Of a DNA stretch of 64,000 nt, positions 58,522 through 64,000 are shown piece after piece. The first letter of the stretch is position 1. Each line of letters opens with the position of its first letter. Made by a program: the position numbers and the translations under genes. The DNA lies in NCBI GenBank assembly GCA_051313645.2, contig JBNRSN020000010.1, positions 9,424,001-9,488,000 on the forward strand. Direction: 5' to 3'. The notes beneath the pieces are model-generated. The model made no database searches, was not told the origin of the DNA, and was given only the letters and a program-made list of their open reading frames with translations. Source of the DNA: Centroscyllium fabricii. Taxonomy: Eukaryota.

Positions 58522-58539
58522 TGACACCCCAGATGGAAC
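58522..58539 (+). promoter_or_regulatory. Primer binding site, tRNA-Arg(CCT)-like
   Basis: tgacaccccagatggaac matches TGGCACCCCAGATGGGAC at 16/18. That reference is the complement of a vertebrate tRNA-Arg-CCT 3' end, recalled from memory. It lies 3 nt after the LTR-terminal CA. Confidence 0.65.
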
Positions 58540-59254
58540 AGGACAAAGTTGCTGGCTGTGTGTAACATATCGGACCTCGAAAGTAGCTACATGATCAGCT
58601 GCTGCTCTTGAGGATGGAGTAAACCCTCCTGACGAGTGCCCATGTATTGTTCGCTGAGAATAATTAATTTTGAGCTCTTTTACTCAAATCACAACATGGC
58701 CCATAAGTGTTTCCTTAACACATATAACAGTAAGTTAGACAGAGGTGCCTGTGAGAAGGACGTACAGGAATTATTAACGTAATGCTTAACCAAAGGAGAC
58801 CAAGTCCCCTTTGAAGAACTGATAAATGTTATTCAAGGAAGTGTGAATCTGAAAACAATAAAGGGACAAGTCCACTAGGTACTCGGATAAATAGCATTTT
58901 ACTGCGCTCAAAGTTTTGCTGTGTATCGGAAGAACCAAAGTAAAGATATCGATGAGCTAAAAGCACAACACAAGGATTTAGAATAAAAACATGGTAGGCA
59001 GGTAAAGGACTTTAAAAAGCAGCAGCAGCTGGGGTCGAACACGTAAATGTAAAACAGGTTCAGGGTGTGGGAGTGCTGAAAATGCGAAATACCGACTTAG
59101 ATAGCCAGACCACTCAATCTGTGGTAGTGCTACAGCAGAGAGTGTGCGCGGTCTAGGCAGGAAGCACTGGGCAGCCGCTAGCTGAAACGAAAGAGGCGTA
59201 TACATCTTTTTAGATAATGAGGGTAAATCTTACATGTGGTCTGCCATTCAAGAA

Positions 59255-59810
59255 ACTCCGGGAGCGGGACCAAGATGGCGGCGCGTGTACACGCAGCGGC
59301 TCTGCGTCACCTGGGATGGTGCTGTCCGCTGGCGGTTCCGGGTTTGTTCGCTCGGCGGGGGCCAGCGAGGCGGCGGACTTGTTGGAGCTCTGAGGAGCGC
59401 CAGTGCTTGTGTGGTCTACGAGGTCGGAGTGCCGGAGGTCGGCAAGTTTGGAGCGCCGGGGCCTGCAGAGTCGGAGTGACGGTGCTTGCGTGGTCGCCGC
59501 GGTGGTCGTGGCATCGGAGGTCGGCGAGTTCGGAGCGCCAGAGGTCGGCGAGTTCAGAGCACTGGGGCCTGCAGAGTCGGAGTGCCGGTGCCTGCGTGGT
59601 CACCGAGGTGGTCATAGCATCGTGGGTCGGCGAGTTCGGAGCGCCAGAGCCTGCGTGGTCGAAGCACCAGGGCCAACAGAGTTGAACAGTCTGGGACTTG
59701 AAGCAATGGACATTTTTAACATCTGCATCGTTTTTTGGGTAGTCTGCAAGTATGCATTTCGTTGTATTGTGTTTCACTATGCAATGACAATAAAATTGAA
59801 TCTGATCTGA
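59255..59810 (+). mobile_element. GC-rich non-autonomous retroposon (Rex1/Babar-like ends) inserted in gag
   Basis: 5' end actccggg...ccaagatggcggc. Internal tandem repeats of gaggtcggcgagttcggagcgcc. 3' end atgacaataaa followed by a (tctga)n tail. Confidence 0.6.
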
Positions 59811-61528
59811 ATATGCCAGAGGCGTCTTGAGGGACGCTTTCCAGCGCCGTTATCGAGAGACCGATCAACTCACTGTAGGTTGAAGTTATACGAAATAATG
59901 TGGCAGGTGGGAGAACGGGAGGCATTATTGGCGGCGTTTACTGACAAATCATATCATTCAGCAGGAGGAGCAGCTGAGGGAGGAGATGTGGTAAACTGGG
60001 ATGCACTGGAAAATCAGTGATATCAGTACGGCCGTCATGCTGGTTGGGGAGACCCCGGGGTGTCACTCAGCCGAAGTAATGTATCGGTCCATGTTAGTAT
60101 CATTGTTAGTACCCTGGCCTGTGATGAAACGGGGGACAAAACCTTATCTGGGAAGCGCTACGTTCCAGTCACTGCTGCCGAAGTGCAAGCTTGTTTTAAC
60201 GAGTTAGGCCCCATAATGAGTGCCACATTGACGTGGAGGTTGGAAATGCGGCACAGCGAATTTGAGGATGTCGATTTGGAACGCGTCCTCCTGCCTGCCC
60301 TCAATTCCAAGATATGGCAAATTTCCGTTCCTGGTTTATAATATTGCCACTAGCTCAACAGCCGTATTTGTGTTCATTTAGGAAGAGTTACGCATTAAGA
60401 GTGTGGCTATGACTAAAACATGTTATAACAAAACACAGGGCCCAGTAGAATCAGACATTGCATGCACTGATATGCTCTATACTGTGTACGGTGGAGTCCA
60501 AATTGGCTACGGCTAACTCCGATGAATGAGGGAAGGACCATAAACCGTTCAAAAATGTATTGAATGGCTTGCAAATCTCATTGAGGCACGCTCTGGGACA
60601 CATTGAGTTTCCCGAGACTGGGTCTGCTGAGCTACTCCAGACCACCAATGAGGCATTGATGTTTTTAAGTAGGGTGTGTTTACCGCAGAATTCTGATCGT
60701 GTGGTAGATGTACTAGAAGTTATGTTCTATGCTCACAAAATCCTCTTCGCACATCGATTAGAAGGAAATAGTTACAACTGTGGTAGAAGTGGGCATTATT
60801 CTAAAAATTGTAGGGAACTTCGACAACAGGGTCAACGGTAGCCTCTTTTTCACGGAAATCTACCCCCACACGCGATAATATCCGTTAATCCTCTGGAGAC
60901 AAATTTAGGTCAATTGGCTGGAGAAATGAGTAAATCAACAGACATGGTGTGCACTCACATTGTTACAAGAGCTCATTCGGAGCTGGCCGTCTCTGATTCT
61001 GCTTTTCAACAGCCGCAGGGAGCCCAGTAACGGCCCAGAAAAGGGTTCAGGCCCGTTGTGGTCGGAACTGAGTTGCCGCATGATATTAATGGGCGACCGG
61101 ATATTTCAGTTGATCTACCAGGTGGTCGGAAACAAATCATGCTTATTGATACCGGATCATCAGTTACCATCTCCCATAGCGTACACTCTGAAAGCCATGC
61201 TGCGGCGGTCAAGGGCTGCTTTACGCTACGAGGCTTTGATAATCGGTCAACTTCTGCTTTTAAGGGAGAAATGATAACATTGCGCAAGAGAGGAACTGAT
61301 TTGACTGTTGATGACCCTTTCATAACAACTCTTGACAGAAGGGGCATATTGAGAAGCGATGTCTTGGAAAGCTTTGGGACAAGCATTCATTACAAACAAA
61401 GACGTATTTGGATTGGAATAGGACGTAATGAATGTGGTAAAAGTATCGGATGCCCACTCTACAATTGCGTTTTGGAGGGCTTCCTGCTACGAGGCACCAC
61501 ATCACCCAGATGAGCACGTCAAATTATT

Positions 61529-62351
61529 AGGCCCTGTTTTCCTGTGCTCCCTAGGAGCTGCACACTCACGAAGGGGGGTCAGAAATGCTCCGTGGGTTTG
61601 CAGCACGGCGGATGCCCACGAACGGGAATTTCCTGTGCTGATGGGCAAAACCCGTCAGCTTCCAACGCAGGAAGACCTTGCACTGACGATTTCCTGTCAG
61701 AACGGTGATTTTTGGAGAGTGATTTCGTGTGCAACTCACAAGCTGCACACAGAATAACGAGTAGTAAACTCATGCGTGAGGGAGAAGATTTAGTTACTGA
61801 AGCAGGTAAGTTAATTTTTTAACTTTAATTTAAATTTTTTACAGTTTTTGAGAGAAGTGTGGCCAGATCGGTAGCGTTAAATTTTTAAGTTAAAGTTGTT
61901 TAAAAAAAATGACAAACCCGATTTTAAGTTAATTTACCTGTTTCAAATCGCTAATTTTTAAAGTTAAATTTCTGAAATGTTTAACTCTCTAGCTATTAAA
62001 AAATCTAAGTGGACAAAATGGGAGACTTACCTTCCGTTTCTTCCTCTGAGAAGCTGCTGTGCCCGCGCTGCTCCCCCGCCGAGTCTGTGAGTGCAGATCC
62101 GCACTTCCCTGCTCTCACAAAGGTCCGACTCGGGATCTGTTTATTTAAATTAGCGATCTGGGGGCGTTTTTAATTTAAATTTGGGACCTTTGGGCTGGGC
62201 ATACACTGCACACCTTGCGTGGCTGGACTGCCACGCAGCGCAGGAACGGGGAGGACATTGACGGTGAAACTTCTGCGCAATGTTGGTTCGTGCGATTAGG
62301 AGTCCACAGGGTCCTAAAGCAAACACTAGCCAACACAGGAAAACAGGGCCC
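61529..62351. mobile_element. PIF/Harbinger-type MITE (related subfamily) inserted between protease and RT
   Basis: TIRs aggccctgttttcctgtg / cacaggaaaacagggccc, with TSD ATT at 61526-61528 and 62352-62354. The left ~140 bp is similar to 43688-43830. Confidence 0.85.
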
Positions 62352-63181
62352 ATTAACTCCAACTCACTCACCCGCATTTGCTAATATAAGCATGATTGGT
62401 CGAATAGAGGGTGAGTAGATGATTAACCGCCCGCCCAATTCCTTTGTTATACAGTACTCAATCTCCATAGATAGTCATCCCTGTATACGACATTTCAACT
62501 AGTCCCTCTTAAAATATGGCATTTTGAGAACGACCACATTCACGACCAATTATCCGGTTTGGCCAGATTGGAAGCCGGATGAAAGCTGCAGTCTCACTAT
62601 TGATAAACAAAGTCTTAATTAGGTTACGCCCAAGAGCGCCCCTATTGTTAAGGATGCTCCAATCTTATTTTCAAAACTGCAAAATATTAACCCTGTGGCG
62701 CCCAGGTCACACCGCTGCAGTTGAGAAATTGAAACAGTTTGTTATACAAACTATCTGTTTGATATCGCCCAATACGATAAAGCTATTCAATCTCGAGAGA
62801 GCAGCCAGCGATCATATTCTGACTACAGTCCGAAATCAAGAACGACTGGACAGGTTACAAACGATTGCATATGCCTCACGGGTTTTTGCAGGGGGCAGAC
62901 TATACTTATTTAGCATGTGAGTGCCACTTACTGGCGACGTTCTGTGCAACAGAAGATCTAACCAACATTACGGGATTACAGAGAATTAATTTGCATTCTG
63001 CACTCAACAAACCTCCTCATCAAACAAGACACTTATTTGATCTCACCCCAAAGCATCAGTAAATGGATGTTGGAACTATGACGAGTCTCATTGATATAAC
63101 ATCCAAACAGACTGCTCATTTGGCACTGATGCTTGCGTCGGATGGAAACCCTCACAACTGTCCACTACCTGTAATAGACGT

Positions 63182-64000
63182 TAAGGTCGATTGTCCCTCG
63201 GCCGTCATGCGGGCTTTGCGGCATGTGAGTGGTAAAAATCGCGAAATGTGGAGGTAGCGACCACCGCGTCTGGTTCCCCACACCTAACCATTTTAACCTA
63301 CTGGTGTCTGATCGACCCGAATCAGTCCCGCTTTCAAGAGGTGTAACTGATCTTCAGGGCCGTTAATCAGCACTAATTGGCCTTTATAATGCCATTTCAA
63401 TAGCCCCTTGCTAATTGATAACTTTCCCCATGTAAAACACGCCTGGTGGGAACCACGCCTGAAAAACGTGGCGTGAGCAATATTGGCTTTCTGGCTATCA
63501 GCTGCAGGTCAAGCCTAATATTTGCGATTTCATCAGGTCGCAGGATCGTACTGCTTCAGGCCTGCGGCAACATTCGCCATGCTTAAACTCTCCTCTGGAA
63601 GGCTGGAGCCTCACAGACTGCTCCAGTGGGAACTCGTGGGAAACCCGTCTCGCCACATTTACTCAGCGCCTGCTCGACTGAGGCATCTACAAGAAGCATA
63701 GGAGGCCAGTTTTTCCTTACCTTATTTGCATTAGAGGAGCTACAGCACTAGATACGGCAGCAGAAGAACCAGCAACAACAGCAGCAGCAACAACATCAGC
63801 TGCAGCAGCGACAGGCTCCTGCTCAACAACAGGCGGCAGCACAGGCCTGAAGGGGCCAGTGCATGGAAGCAGTGGATTCCACCTGAACAGAGGCTAGAGG
63901 CACAGGGTGGGCACCACAACATGACTGGGCAGCAGTTCCAAAGAAGGCTCCGAATTTCGTGACTGGTATTGAGTGTCATTTGCGCAAAGCTACAGCAAGT
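63182..64000 (+). mobile_element. 5' part of a degraded PIF/Harbinger transposon with a transposase N-terminus (runs off the window)
   Basis: A Q-rich leader is followed by NRG*RHRV...NMTGQQFQRRLRIS*LVLSVICAKLQ, resembling the Harbinger/HARBI1-type N-terminal motif (D/N)MxExQCxRRLRxSRxxVxxIC. Stops are present and the left boundary is approximate. Confidence 0.55.
63757..63845 (+). repeat. Imperfect (CAG/CAA)n repeat
   Basis: cagcagaagaaccagcaacaacagcagcagcaacaacatcagctgcagcag... Confidence 0.8.

Larger units (their letters stand above)
58696..63180 (+). mobile_element. Decayed gag-pro-pol of a retrovirus-like/Gypsy LTR element
   Basis: CCHC-like knuckle SYNCGRSGHYSKNC (about 60770-60812) and aspartic protease MLIDTGSSVT (about 61140). 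RT N-terminus GILRTTTFTTNYPVWPDWKPDESCSLTID (about 62515-62605). RNase H/tether LFNLE.AASD...IAYASRV...CECHLLA. The RT core appears deleted. Confidence 0.85.

Noticed and set aside
59400-59670. CRISPR-like repeat-spacer array
   Set aside because: The units are degenerate tandem duplications without unique spacers, in a eukaryotic context with no cas genes.
63740-63979. PolyQ host gene or Leu-rich membrane ORF on the minus strand
   Set aside because: This is a CAG/CAA repeat within a stop-containing Harbinger-like transposase leader, and the poly-Leu is simply its antisense reading.

Overview
This is repeat-rich vertebrate genomic DNA, most likely from a cartilaginous fish, judging by the HE1/V-SINE-like and SacSINE1/Deu-like SINEs and the dense CR1 LINEs. 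Splice-aware reading by hand shows what the ORF track does not assemble: a head-to-head pair of divergent MS4A (CD20-like tetraspan) paralogues. The minus-strand copy (about 1963-24000) has open exons 2, 3, 4 and 6 with canonical splice sites. Its TM3 exon is 1 nt out of frame, and its last exon carries a premature stop and a CR1 insertion. The plus-strand copy (39952-52338) is a clear pseudogene. The window also holds a young Penelope-like element (open 665-aa RT plus GIY-YIG ORF, with a minimal hammerhead ribozyme) and a 5S rRNA-derived SINE with a 13-bp TSD. There are three PIF/Harbinger-type MITEs with AWT TSDs and a Harbinger transposase remnant. A decayed retrovirus-like LTR element (split 5' LTR, tRNA-Arg-like PBS, gag CCHC, protease, RT, RNase H) carries nested insertions. 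All alignments and family calls were made by eye from remembered motifs, with no database searches. Boundaries of degraded repeats are approximate.
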